Below the pieces are notes generated by a model. That model did no database searches, was not told where the DNA came from, and saw nothing but the letters and a program-made list of their open reading frames with translations. The translations under genes and the position numbers were made by a program. A DNA stretch of 64,000 nt from positions 40,982,001-41,046,000 of the forward strand of contig OX597832.1 in the NCBI GenBank assembly GCA_951406725.2, read 5' to 3'. Below are positions 50,233 to 63,012 of the stretch, one piece after another (within the stretch, counting starts at the first letter, position 1; each line of letters starts with the position of its first letter). The DNA comes from Octopus vulgaris (taxonomy: Eukaryota).

Positions 50233-51255
50233 TCGTTCCCCTAGCTTTGCTTGACAACCGATGCTGGTGTGTTTACATCCCCGTCACTTAGCGGTTCGGC
50301 AAAAAGAGACCAATAGAGACTGGGCTTACAAAAAGAATAAGTCCCGGGGTCGAGTTGCTCGACTAAAGGCGGTGCTCCAGCATGGTCGCAGTCAAATGAC
50401 TGAAACAAGTAAAAGAATATATATATACATACCTTTTCGTGTGTCTTTTTCCCAGGAGGCTGATGCGTGAGGCTATCCTTATGAAATACATCCAGCTGAT
50501 TCTTGTACCAGTTGTGTCGAGCTGAATAACAATGGATCCAACATTGTGCAGCAGGAGTGGCTGGGATGAACATTGGACGACTGCGCTTTGACACCAGTCT
50601 TACTAAATGTATAAACAGCGGGGAAGACATTGCCTCTCATAGAAAGTTCCAACATAGAACAATTTCTGAAAAACAAAATGTAAGAGAATTTTTTTTCTTT
50701 TTTAATTCTTATTATTAAATCAAAGTAAATTAGATTTTAAAGTTGAAAACCACCAGCACCAGCACCAGCACTATTACCATTATTACTACCACTACCATGC
50801 AAAGCTGGTAACCAATCAAAACCAGATGTGAAATGTAGGCCCCCATTTCAAACTGCCCATTAAATATTTTACTTAACTGACTGCTAAATAGGTGCAGGAT
50901 GGTTGTATGGTAAGAGGCTTACTTCCCAACGATATGGTTCCGGGTTCAGTCCCATCGTGTGGCACCTTAGGCAAGTGTCTTCTACTATAGCCTCGGGCCA
51001 ACCAAAGCCTTGTGAGTGGATTTGGTAGACGGAAACTGAAAGAAGCCTGTCATGTATCCGTGTGTGTGTGTGTGTCTTTGTGTCTGTTTACCCCACCACC
51101 ACCACTTAACAACTGGTGTTGGTGTGGTTGCATCCCTGTAACGTAGGAGTTAGGCAAAAGAGACCAACAATATAAGTACTGGGGTCAATTTATTTGACTA
51201 AAAATTCAAGGCAGTGCTCCAGCATGGCCACAGACTGAAACAAGTAAAAGAATAA
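50037..51255 (+). repeat. Two SINE family A copies flanking the first mTERF coding exon (50037-50416 and 50890-51255)
   Basis: Sequence match to family A. Confidence 0.8.
50433..50630 (-). CDS. mTERF-family gene, first coding exon (66 aa, mitochondrial presequence-like)
   Basis: Acceptor ttgtttttcAG at 50667-50666; in-frame TGA shortly upstream of ATG 50630; MSSPLFIHLVRLVSKRSRPMFIPA... is Arg/Ser-rich with no acidic residue in the first 46 aa; donor AAG|gtatgt at 50432, phase 0, joins in frame to 49318 (total 487 aa). Confidence 0.8.
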
Positions 51256-54200
51256 GAGAGTAAATGTGATATATGTATGGGCTATGGGCATGACATTAAG
51301 CTGCATTTAGTGATGAGGCTCCAGCTTAGGAGTTCAGAAGTTTTAAAATGTATGGAGTTAAACTTACAGTCACCCATACTCCCAAGTCTGTTATAAGATC
51401 TAAGGTGGTAAGTACCTGTCAAGGACCCTATTTATGGATCAAATAGCAAAAAATGGCTCTGTTGTTAAGATATACAGGATTATATATACACGTGTGTGTG
51501 TGTGTGTGTATATCATCATCACCATTTAACAACCATTTTCCATGCTGGCATGGGTTAGACAGTTTGGCAGGAGCTGGCTAGCTGAAGAGTTGCCAGGTTC
51601 CAAATGCCAACCACCTTACAGAATGTACTGGGTGCTTTTACACAGTACCGGCATGGGTGCTTCTACATGGTACCAGTACAGGTGCTCTTTACGTGGCACC
51701 AGCACCCACATCATCATCATCATTTAGCGTCCGCTTTCCATGCTGGCATGGGTTGGACGGTTCATGCCTGTATGTGAGGACAACTACGATTTTACTTAGC
51801 TTGATGTGCCATCTCAAGTACAGCAAACCACCAGAAGTATTGGTCCCCCATCATCCTGTCTGTGAGGCCCTAAGTCTGAAAATCCTCTCACCACTTCATC
51901 CTATGTCTTCCTGATTGAGAAAGGATATGGGTATGTATATAATATATATATAATAACAATTTAATGAATAAAACATATGCATATATACATACATATATGT
52001 ACATACTTACATCTATATGTATATATATGAGTACAGGACACCACAAATAAACGTAGAACACAACAAGAAACGAAAACATAAAATCAAACGAGGGAACGGA
52101 CTTTTTTTAACAACGAAAAAACAGAGTACAGGATAAACAATACAAGGAAAATTCCTTTTCATCAGCTGCCCCTGTTTCAACGTGTGTATAAAACACCCAG
52201 TTAGGGTTTGAACTCAGAACAGGGTAACATGAAACTTGAGTCAAGTTGCTCTGACATTGTATGTTTCCAAACACTCCAAGTGACTAATAACCATAATACT
52301 TAAAGAACTATAAGCCATCATCATTATTGTCCTTCATCACTACCACCATCCTCGCCACCTCCCCATCAACACCATACCACTCTCAGCATCACTACTACTA
52401 CAATCATTATCTTCACCACTAACTAAAACATCTACGTTGACTATAACTGGCATGAGTAATCTAAAAGTACTTCGTTAATTTATATACGTAACTAACATTA
52501 ATTAGAGTAAACTTGTTGGAGTCAAGAGAGGAACTCTTAGAAATTAGAGGTTCCTAATGTGTGGCAGCTGTGATGGTCACGTGAAGGGGTGGCAGATATG
52601 ATGGTGATGGCTGTAGGGCTGGGGACCTTGGTGGAGACGGCGGTTGTGGTGGTGATGAAAGTGGAGGTTGTGGTGCTCATAATCTTGGAGATGGTAGTGA
52701 TGGTGGTAGTGGTGGTGGTGGTTGTTATTATTGTTGCCATAATGGTGGCTGTGGTGATCTTGGTAGAGGTAGTGGTGGTCATGGTAGTAATGTATTAGAG
52801 AGGAAGGAGGGGGTGAAGTGGAGTGGAAGTGAAAGAACATGTGTCAGCTTAAACCATCTGCTAATTCAAGAAATATAAAGAAATATATGACATGTAATGG
52901 AATAATGTTATGATACCCCCCCCCCACCATGGGGTATCGAGAAACCAGTGTTTTTGTTCTGTATTTTGTAGTTTTACACAGATGAGATATGAATCTCCTG
53001 TGGGATTGTGAGTTAACATTCCCACAAGATCTGGTACTTATTTCCTTACCCAAAAGATCACATTACAATGAAGGGTGTCTTGATGTGGTCGAGTAATTTG
53101 CTAGAAACAAGTCAAAATCTCATTCAAATTCCACCTTTATTTTTTTTTTTTAATGAAAACCATTTGTTGATGTAGTCCTAGATATGCTATGCCTGAAATA
53201 ACAGCTGGAATGGTCGGGTCAGTAATATTACTATTCAAAGATTTGCATCTCCCACCAGATCATCCCGTCAGAGCTTTACTCTTATTTGACACAACAGCTG
53301 TGGACTGAAAGAACCCCAGTGGCAGGCTTTGCACCAGATTGCTGGATGTGATTACGGCTCAGAGGATGCAGAGGGGCTGGTATGGGACTGTCAGTGATGA
53401 AGTGCACAGGTGGAGCTTGGCTGGCTCCACGTATGACACCTCTGGGACCACTAACTTGGATTGATCCCAGCCCCATAAAGCAAGAGTATGAAGCCAAGCC
53501 AAAGCCCAAGGTTTGTTTGATCAGTATTGTCCTGAGGTCAAGCAATGAAGACAACAACCCTGTGAACAGACGCAGTGCTTCTCAAATTGTTAAATATCAG
53601 CACACCATCACACTCCAAACATGAAATCTTGCTCCTACCCCACCCTCCAAATGTATAATTCCACCCCATCCCTCATCTTTACAAATGAGTAAACAAAAAT
53701 AAAATTTGACCAATATAATTTTTTCTTTCTTTGCCATAAAAAGTCTTAAACTCTCTTAATCTTATCAGATATGCCATGTGTGAGTTAGTCTGCTCCTTTT
53801 CAATCCTCACAGCTGATCCTTCCTAAGATGGTTGGGTGTGTCTTATACCATGTGTCTAATTAGTTGCCTGGCCTGCTCAAAATAGAAGCTAATCTTCCTT
53901 TAAATCACACCCAACCATCTTAGGAAGGATATACGAGATAACACAGTCCAAGACACTATACAATCGGATGATATGAATACTGTACATCATTATTTTTAAC
54001 ATCCACTTTTATCTGCTTGCACGGGCTGGGTGGAGTTTATAGAGGTAGATATTCTGTGGCTGAATGCCCTTCCTGCCACTAAATCTTTACCTATTTCCAA
54101 GCAAGGTAATATTTCCACAGAGTCAGAGATGTTTTCACTGACTGTTGGAAATGAATGACATATATTTACAACAAGGCGCAGGAGTGGCTGTGTGGTAAGT

Positions 54201-54338
54201 AGCTTGCTAACCAACCACATGGTTCCGGGTTCAGTCCCACTGCGTGGCACCTTGGCCAAGTGTCTTCTACTCTAGCCTTGGGCCGACCAAAGCCTTGTGA
54301 GTGGATTTGGTAGACGGAAACTGAAAGAAGCCTGTGTA

Positions 54339-54376
<38 letters not shown>

Positions 54377-56215
54377 GGGGTGGTTGTGTGTCTGTGTTTG
54401 TCCCCCTAGCATTGCTTGACAACCGATGCTGGTGTGTTTACGTCCCCATCACTTAGCGGTTCGATAAAAGAGACCGATAGAATAAGTACTGGGCTTACAA
54501 AGAATAAGTCCTGGGGTCGATTTGCTCGACTAAAGGCAGTGCTCCAGCATGGCTGCAGTCAAATGACTGAAACAAGTAAAAGAGAGAGTAACCATGTGAT
54601 TTCAAGACAAGGAAATACACACACGATGGGCTTCTTTCAGTTTCTGTCTTCCAAATCCACTCATAAGGCTTTGGTCAGCCTGAAGCTATAGTAAAAGATA
54701 CCAGTCACAGGTACCATGCAATGGAACTGAACACAAAACCATGTAGTTAAGAAGTAGACTTATTAATTTCAAGTCATACCAGTGCCAATTTATTGAGAAA
54801 ATCAGTTAATTAATACCTGCTTACATTAGTGATGATATCTCAGTAAAAAGTTATTTCCAGCCCAAGTGTTCATTCCACTTGAGTTTTGAACAAATGCCAT
54901 GTAATATGACCAAGCATTTGTAAAAGTGAAATCAGTATTTCAATGGTGTTGTTTCTAAATTTAAAATTAAGGAGGAAATGTAAGTAAAGATCCAGACAGA
55001 CGGGAAAGTGAAACAGGATAATAGTCAAGAGTTAATACAAATCTTATATCATAAAAGAGCTGATCTCCATTTGTCTGTAACAACATCTGTGTAGGGAGAG
55101 GGAAAGGGAGGAGGAGAAGTTATTGTTGAGACAGAAATACAATGAAAGAGATAGTGTGAAAGATAAACAGCTAGTATTGTCGCCTTAGTAACTAAGTTTT
55201 GATTACAAACACAGGAATTTTAGGTGCAAGTCTGTCAACACAACGCAACAAACTTCAAAAGAAAGTTTTTTTTTTTTTTGGTTGTGTGTGTTTCTGTATG
55301 TCTTTCAACATAGACAATGCAACACAGACTTCAAAAAAATACTTTCACTTTGAACAGTTTATGAAGGTACATACATGATTTACAAATATTTTTACCAGCA
55401 GCGTAAAATATGAAAAGAAGACAGACAGTATTTCTGTTAGCAAACAGACCTTTCTTTTAGCTTCTCTTGATAAAATACTGAATGGACATTGTAAGCAATG
55501 TGAGAACACACAAGAGAAAAGAACTGAAGAACTGTGTTCAATATCCTTAATAAATCTTCTTTCCATCATTGAAAAGTGAGATGCCACAACATGACATGAC
55601 CGGATAAACAAGATGTCTTGACATTTGTTCAGGTGCAGAGAGGGTTGTATGGTTGAGAAGCTTGCTCTGAAACTACATGGTTTCAGGTTCAGTCTCAGTG
55701 CATCACACCTTAGGCAAGTGTTTCTATTATAGACCCAAGTCAACTAATGTCCTGTGAGTGAAAGTGGTAGATGGAAAATGTGTGGAAGTCTATCATGTGC
55801 GTGTCTACGCCTGCCTATGTACATATCTGTGTGTGTGTACATCTGTGTATGAGTGCGTCTGTGTGTGTGTGTTTGCGCCCACCACTTGGCAACAGATGTT
55901 CACTTCTTTACTTCCAAGTAACTTAGCAATTCAGCAAATGAAAACGATAAAATAGGTATCAGGCTTTAAAAAAAAGTACTGGGGTCAATTTGTTTAACTA
56001 AAACCCTTCAATGCAGTGCTCCAGCATGGCCATAGTCCAATAATTGAAACAAGTAAATGATAAAAGATTTGAAAACAAAAAAGAATATTGCTAACCATCT
56101 TTATTCCAACCCGCCTGAGATAACCTTTGCTTCCAATACAAAATCTCTCGTTTTAAAGATTTCAAATTTTGCTTAAGACTTTAGGAATGGGAACCCAGGT
56201 TCAAAATTTCCCCAA

Positions 56216-56261
56216 GACACCTGAAGAAGGCTGGAGGGTATATCAGCCGAAACGTTGTGTT
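56216..56261 (+). ncRNA. Type I minimal hammerhead motif (Penelope-type)
   Basis: GACAC CUGAAGA a GGCUG-gagggtatat-CAGCC GAA ACGU U GUGUU: stem I GACAC/GUGUU, 5-bp stem II, palindromic ACGU stem III. Confidence 0.75.
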
Positions 56262-56689
56262 ACAAATATCCGTTGAATGTAAATAATGATGACGATATAT
56301 CTGCAGGAGTGGCTGTGTGGTAAGTAGCTTGCTAACCAACCACATGGTTCCGGGTTCAGTCCCACTGCATAGCATCTTGGGCAAGTGTCTTCTGCTATAG
56401 CCCCGGGCCGACCAATGCCTTGTGAGTGGATTTGGTAGACGGAAACTGAAAGAAGCCTGTCGTATATATGTGTGTGTGTGTGTGTTTGTCCCCCTAGCAT
56501 TGCTTGACAACCGATGCTGGTGTGTTTACGTCCCCGTCACTTAGCGGTTCGGCAAAAGAGACCGATAGAATAAGTACTGGGCTTACAAAGAATAAGTCCC
56601 GGGGTCGAGTTGCTCGAATAAAGGCGGTGCTCCAGCATGGCCCGCAGTCAAATGACTGAAACAAGTAAAAGAGTAAAGAGTAATCTCAC

Positions 56690-57300
56690 ATGTAATATAA
56701 CGAGATCTCTGAACAATGGTACTTCTTCGATCGTAGTCGTTAAGATACGTATTGGTACCTGATGGTTTCGTACACACATTCAATCGATCTCTTACTCCCC
56801 ACCACTCACCCTCTCCCTAATAACAAAGCAAATTTGTCAAAACAAACAAACAATATAGTTTTAACATATGGCCTTGAGGGGAACAGATGGAAGGAGCTGC
56901 CAGTGGTTGGTTAATCAGACAAAACGCTAATAATTTGTAATGGTAACGATGATTATGAGTGTAACCCACTAACAGCCCTCTTCCATTCTATCGTTCATTC
57001 GGTGTGTCTGTTTCGATGTACAAATTAGAGAAAAAGTATACAATACATTTAGTAGAGTTTATTCATTTGAAACTGAAGGTTTAGTCGCAGATGAACGAAT
57101 ACAAGCACGTGAGAATGCACACACACACACACAGATTCCAATTATTTCGGCTGATCAATTATAGATATTTTTCTCGCTCACACTTCCACACCAAAAAAAA
57201 AAAATGAAGAAAAAGTCACCAAGTACCAGAATGCATCACAACTCAGTCAGATATTAAAATGTAAGTCAGTCTCAGGCAAAGATTTTACTCACGAGAGTAT
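56690..57300. promoter_or_regulatory. CpG-retaining unique region, possible (bidirectional) promoter upstream of the mTERF gene
   Basis: Local excess of CpG in unique sequence; donor-like sites facing both ways (gtgaga at 56688 on -, gtaagt at 57261 on +). Confidence 0.3.
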
Positions 57301-57513
57301 TTCAACTGCACGATAGGTTGACAACTCTCACTTGTAATATATTCAGTGTGGCACTGTGGCACAGAAGTTTGCTTCCCAGCCACATGGCCCTAGGTTCAGT
57401 CTCACTGCATGGCACCTTGGACAAGTGTCTTCTACTATAGCCTCAGGCTGACCAAAGCCTCGTGAGTAGATTTGGTAGACAGAAACTGAAAGAAGCCCAT
57501 CATATATATGTAT

Positions 57514-57565
<52 letters not shown>

Positions 57566-58308
57566 GTATGTATATATTTATGTGGGTGTGTCTGTGTTTG
57601 TCTCCCCCACCATCATTTGACATCCCCCGTAACTTAGCAGTTCAGCAAAAGAGACTGATAGAATAAATACTAGGCTTACAAAGAATAAGTTCTCGGATTG
57701 ATTTCTTCGATTAAAACCCTTTAAGGCAATGCTCCAGCATGGCCACAGCGAAATGGTTGAAGTAAAAGAATTATGATGGAAAGGAAATCCTGCATTTTAC
57801 TTTAAGATCAGCAATTACAATGACTTGTAAGATTTGAAAGGAATTTTTTTTCTTTTTAGGGTGGGTAACAAGTTATACAAAAATGAGTGAAACAAGTAAA
57901 GTTTTGTTCTCATATGATTACATACAAATTTATGGATTCCTGGTTAATGTTTAGGAACCAATACTGTGGTTGGAAGACAAAAGTGAATTCTAATTTGTTG
58001 TTATTTCTGAGAGATTGGTTTACTATTTCAAAGAGAAATTGATTTACAAAAATATCCAGCTGCCATCATCGTAAATACAACCAAGAACCCACCATCCACA
58101 CCACCACCACTATCACCAAAAATGTTATGTGGGGTGAGGAGTGGGATAGGAGGAGTCAAAGCACAGAGTTGTAGGACTGTGGCCAAGCTGGAGCATTACC
58201 TTTGAAGGATTTAGTTAAAACCCCAGGACTTATGTTTTTAAAGCCTGTACTCCTAAGTTATGGGGATGTAAACAAACCAACACTGGCTGTCAAGTGGTGG
58301 TGGGGCAT

Positions 58309-58344
<36 letters not shown>

Positions 58345-59859
58345 CCAACCCATACCAGTGTGGAAAAAGGAACATTAAATGATTATATAATATGACAGGC
58401 TTCTTTCAGTTTTTCATCCACCAAACAACCAAATCCACTCACAAGGCTTTGGTGAGCCTGGGGCTATAGTTAAAAGGCACTTGCCCAAGGTGCCATGCAG
58501 TGGGACTGAACCCCAAAAATACAAGGTTGGGAAGAATACATGGCGTTTCTTCTCTTTTCGGAAGATATCGGTTCCTGTGTGCCACTGTCGAGGAATGTGT
58601 GACTGAGACCGCAGCAGAGCTACATTAAACCCGGCCATTATTGAGCAAAGAGTCAGACGTGAATTGACAATCAAAACACAGGACGACAAGATCAATAAGA
58701 AATCCGCATATAGAAATATGCATTCATTGGCAAAAGACAGGCTGGAGTAGGTGGGGGGGAAGAGGGAGGAGGTCAGGATGCTGGGAGGAGGAGGAGGAGG
58801 AGGCTGTTGCAAGATGCATCTTTGCAGCGCAATGAATGTATATATGCAGCTTGCAATTCCAGTGCATTCCTTTGTAAAGTACAACAGCAAGAAGGATGCA
58901 CAGAAATAGTGCAAATGTAAAAATAGAGTACTGGCCAATAGAAGGAGGGGTGGGAGGAACGTGTAAGGTGGTATAGGCCATAGCGGCAGTGGTGGGATGG
59001 TTTGGTTGCAGCTGTGCAAGTAGGCTGCATTTCTGTAGCTTATTCTAGCCAGATGCTAACATCGAGCTGCATACAACAAACGAAACTGCAGATTTTTCCC
59101 TGTAGTGTGAGTCAGGCAGTTTGATTTCAAAAGTAATGTTAAGGTGAGCATGCACACATGTGCACGTGTGTGTGTGTGTGTGTGTGTGTCTGTAGGCACA
59201 CACAGAATTAGCTATTGTGTGTATGTGTGTATAAATGTATAATATATTCATGTAATGTCTAATCCAAGCTAGCATGGAAGAAAAAAACGGATGCAAAATT
59301 AACAAAATTACAGATATGTAAAGTTGAAGAGATAACCATATGATTAGTTCGTGTTGAACTTACCTAAGCTGTGATATACACATGTGCATATCTGTGCATA
59401 TCTGTGCATGTGCTAACACACACACAATTTATTAAAGCTGCAAAATTATCACAGAACTGTTACTCAAAGTTTTACACTTTCCCTTTCATTGCACAGTTGC
59501 GATGAATATGAGTATCCATCACAACATGGAAAACAGACATTAAATGATGATGATGATATATAAAAACACACACACACACACACGGCAGGCTTCTTTTAGC
59601 TTCTGTCAATCAAAGGTCTTTGGTTGGGGTTATGGTTAAAGACACTTGCCCAAGGTGCCATACAGTGAGGGGACTGAATCTGAAGTGATGTGGATGGGAA
59701 GCAAACTTGTTAAGCACACAGTCTGCACCTAAAATCCTGCCTCAATCCTCTGTCCAAACCCATGCTAACACAAAATATATTCCATTTTGAATAAACTAAA
59801 ACCCTGTCTGTGTTTGTGTGTGTAAAATGTGAAAAATGACCCAGTACCAGTTGGAATCC

Positions 59860-60311
59860 CTATCTTGCTCAGAACATTGACCTCCTGGAATCTGTCCAGA
59901 GACATGCAACCAAACGCATACCCTCCATCAGACACCTACCATATTCTGAGCGCCTTGTTTCCCTGGGCATGGATTCACTGAAGCTCCGGCGTCTGGCGAC
60001 GGACTTGGTAGACACCCACAAGGTTATCAACCACCTCACCAACAACAACACTGAACACCTTTTTGATCTCCATGTGTCTAACACACGTGGACATGCCTAC
60101 AAAGTCAGAAAACAGCACAGCTCCCATGACTTTCGGAAACATTTTTTCACGCTCAGGGTTGCTGAAGCGTGGAATAAACTGCCTGCATCAGTTGTTGACT
60201 GCCATGACACTGCATCCTTTAAGGCCCTCATGCTTCCCGAAATCCGTCAAAACTACACCTGATTATATATACACTTTAGATGAGTTGTAGTGCACCTGAG
60301 CACTGTACACA

Positions 60312-60340
<29 letters not shown>
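59860..60340 (+). mobile_element. CR1-clade LINE, 5'-truncated 3' end
   Basis: QNIDLLESVQRHATKRIPSIRHLPYSERLVSLGMDSLKLRRL...TRGHAYKV...RKHFFTLRVAEAWNKLP, typical CR1 ORF2 C-terminus; 3' stem-loop gtagtgcacctgagcactgt and (ATT)n tail. Confidence 0.9.
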
Positions 60341-60344
<4 letters not shown>

Positions 60345-60689
60345 TCGATACCCTGTAGTGACTCAGAGGGGGTTATTGTGAAAAGATTCTATAACATAAC
60401 TTACAACATCTGTCTATAAACAAATGTGTCAAATAGGATATATTGAAGGGGATTTGCATTAACTGTTTTTTTTTTTCACACAAGCAATAGCAATTTCAGA
60501 CTTATTTATAAAAAAAAAACAAAAAAACTGGCACTCTGCCATTTATGACATCGAGGGTTCTAGCTGATCTGATCAATAGAACAGCCTGCTCGTGAAATTA
60601 GCAAGCAAGTGGTGGAGCACTCCACAGACACACGTAGTTCTCAATGACATTCACTATAGCATAGAATGCAATAAGGGTGGCTCTTTGAA

Positions 60690-60840
60690 ATACTGGTACT
60701 ACTCATTTTTGCCAGCTGAGTGAACTGGAGCAATGCAAAAAGTAGTGCCTTGCTCAAGGACACAATGTGCTGCTGTGAATTGAACTCATGACCTTATGAT
60801 CATGAGCTGAATGCCCTAACCACTAAGCCATGTGCCTTCA
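60690..60840 (-). repeat. tRNA-derived SINE family E
   Basis: Head gaaggcacatggcttagtggttagg...gagttcaattc, then ccttgagcaag; related copy at about 49500-49703 (-). Confidence 0.65.
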
Positions 60841-62009
60841 CTAGACATAAAATCAAAAGAGAATTTTTTTTCCCATACAGATCTGTAAAAATTCCAAAGC
60901 TATCATTCACATGGAGGCATAACTTGGTAGGATGAACCCATGTTTTCATTAAATGTTTTAGGTGTCTTTGTGGTCATGAACAGACAAACATAGACACCCT
61001 CTCGGCCTCTTCTAGCCTTTGATTCAGTGGAACATCAAGGATGTGTGACAGTTGGAAAGAGAAAGGACTGCACCAGCATTATTAGGTAGGTGCTCTATAT
61101 CAGCCAAGTAGACTGGGGCAACATGAAATGAAATGCCTTGTTCGAGGGCACATTGCACAGCCAGGTTCTAGAATTGAACCCCTGAACTTATGATTGTTAG
61201 CCCAAACTCCTGATTACTAAGTTGGATGATTATGGTTTTTAAGACTAGAACAGTTTGGATAAAGAACTAATTCCAATGAGGACAATGATGATGACAACAA
61301 CAATGACAGTGATGATGATGATGACAACGATGATGGTGATGATGGAGGTGGTGGTGGTGAAACAATGACAATATTGATGATGATGGTGTCATAGTGATAA
61401 TGGTGGTGGTGGCAGTGGTGATGACGACAACAATGACAGTGATGATGATGACAGCAAGGGTGATGGTGGTGGTGGTGGTGGTGGTGAAACAATGACAACA
61501 TTGATGATGATGGTGTCATAGTGATAAAGGTGGTGGTGGTGAGGATGATGATGAGGATAGTGGCAGTGGTGATGACGACAACAATACCGCTGTCACCGTA
61601 GTGATAAGTTTGATTGATGACATCGGGTATTTAAACAGATTACTGATATTGATTTGTTCCACGGAGGAGGAAACGGAGACAGTAAGAGAAAAGAAAGAAA
61701 AAGACGAGGTCGATGGAATCAATTCACCAAGCAACTTCCCCCTCTTCTCAGAGACATTATAATTACTTCCATAAGCTCTACTGAACAACCAACTGCATGG
61801 TACACCACATGCAATGGGGTGATTTCAACAAGAACTGAAATCCAAAAGAATAGAGAATGAATCTCAATATATTACTGGTACTGCATCATAACCATACGTG
61901 TGTGACATGGTGATCTCATATCAAGATAAACAGCACATGACCTTACAGGTGGAGCCCAGTTAAAATTTTTTTCAGGTCGAGTCACCCATTCTGCTCAAAA
62001 GGTCCTTAA

Positions 62010-62230
62010 CCCTTTTGTTACTAACCCGGCCAAAACCGGCTCTGGCTCTGTGGTAAAATATCTTGTTTCCATAAGTTTTGAATTAAAATCTTCCACCAAA
62101 CCATAGTCACAATTTATGTTCCTAACACTAGCTGAATGATAGCTAAATTGTTTTACTAAATTCTTAGTTATATTTAAAATTAATTGAAAGAAACACAGAA
62201 CATCTCAAAAGAAATAGGGTAACAAAAGGG
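62010..62230. mobile_element. piggyBac-like MITE family 2, uninterrupted copy
   Basis: TTAA-cccttttgttac ... gtaacaaaaggg-TTAA with perfect 12-bp TIR. Confidence 0.8.
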
Positions 62231-62780
62231 TTAAATAAGGATGATGAATGAAACACCTATGTTTCCTGAGGTGAATTATTGAAACTGGGCAAATGAAAAC
62301 TTCAGTAAGATTTGAACTCAAGACAGAACTAAAAGTAAATTCCTTCCACCTCAGAATTGTACCCTCACCGAAACCTTCTCCTAATCCCTATCCATCTTTT
62401 CCCTACAAACATAAAACACAAACTATCTAAGCGGTCCTTCAATGGTCATGGATACAGCTCACCCACTACTTTCTCGTTAAACAACATAACTACTGCCACT
62501 AAAACACCTTACCAATTACCACTAATGAATCTGAGCAGGAAATTGATTTTGAGACTAGATTCTGTGACCAAATTTTCTTCCTGTTGCCAACCGTAACCTG
62601 TTTTTCAAGTACTGTTTTTTTTTTACTCCACAGGTCTTTGAAAGTGCAGAGCTGCTGATCATAAGGTCAATTAGAAATGTCAACATCAGATCCACTATGC
62701 TTCATATGCCAACAAATACAACATCAAGATTCATATGTATACATGTATATATACATGTATTAATGTCCGTATATATGTAT

Positions 62781-63012
62781 GAAGGTGGTGAGCTGGCAGA
62801 ATCGTTGGCACGCTGGGTGAAGTGCTTAGCGGTATTTCGTCTGTCGTTACATTGTGAGTTCAAATTCCGCCGAGGTTGACTTCGCCTTTCATCCTTCCGG
62901 GGTCAATAAATTAAGTACCAGTTCCGCACTGGGGTTGATGTAGTCGACTTAATACCTATGTCTGTCCTTGTTTGTCCCCTCTATGTTTAGCCCCTTGTGG
63001 GTAATAAAGAAA
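62781..63012 (+). repeat. tRNA-derived SINE family B (ggtggtgagctggcagaatcgtt...gagttcaaattccgcc...gcctttcatcc...aagtaccag)
   Basis: A/B-box-like head; other copies at about 1900-2120, 20322-20500, 24810-25020, 28019-28230, 31855-32220, 33112-33200 and 34565-35160. Confidence 0.8.

Larger units (their letters stand above)
54175..58520. repeat. Further SINE family A copies (54175-54583 +, 54620-54785 -, 55630-56065 +, 56302-56678 +, 57345-57770 +, 58175-58520 -)
   Basis: Sequence match to family A; the interval also contains unique sequence. Confidence 0.75.

Noticed and set aside
55345-55743. 132-aa ORF as a candidate upstream mTERF exon
   Set aside because: It starts inside a SINE, and the mTERF frame already has an in-frame stop upstream of ATG 50630.
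59358-59370. Possible 5-nt microexon cag-CTTAG-gtaagt on the - strand
   Set aside because: No polypyrimidine tract and no host gene context.
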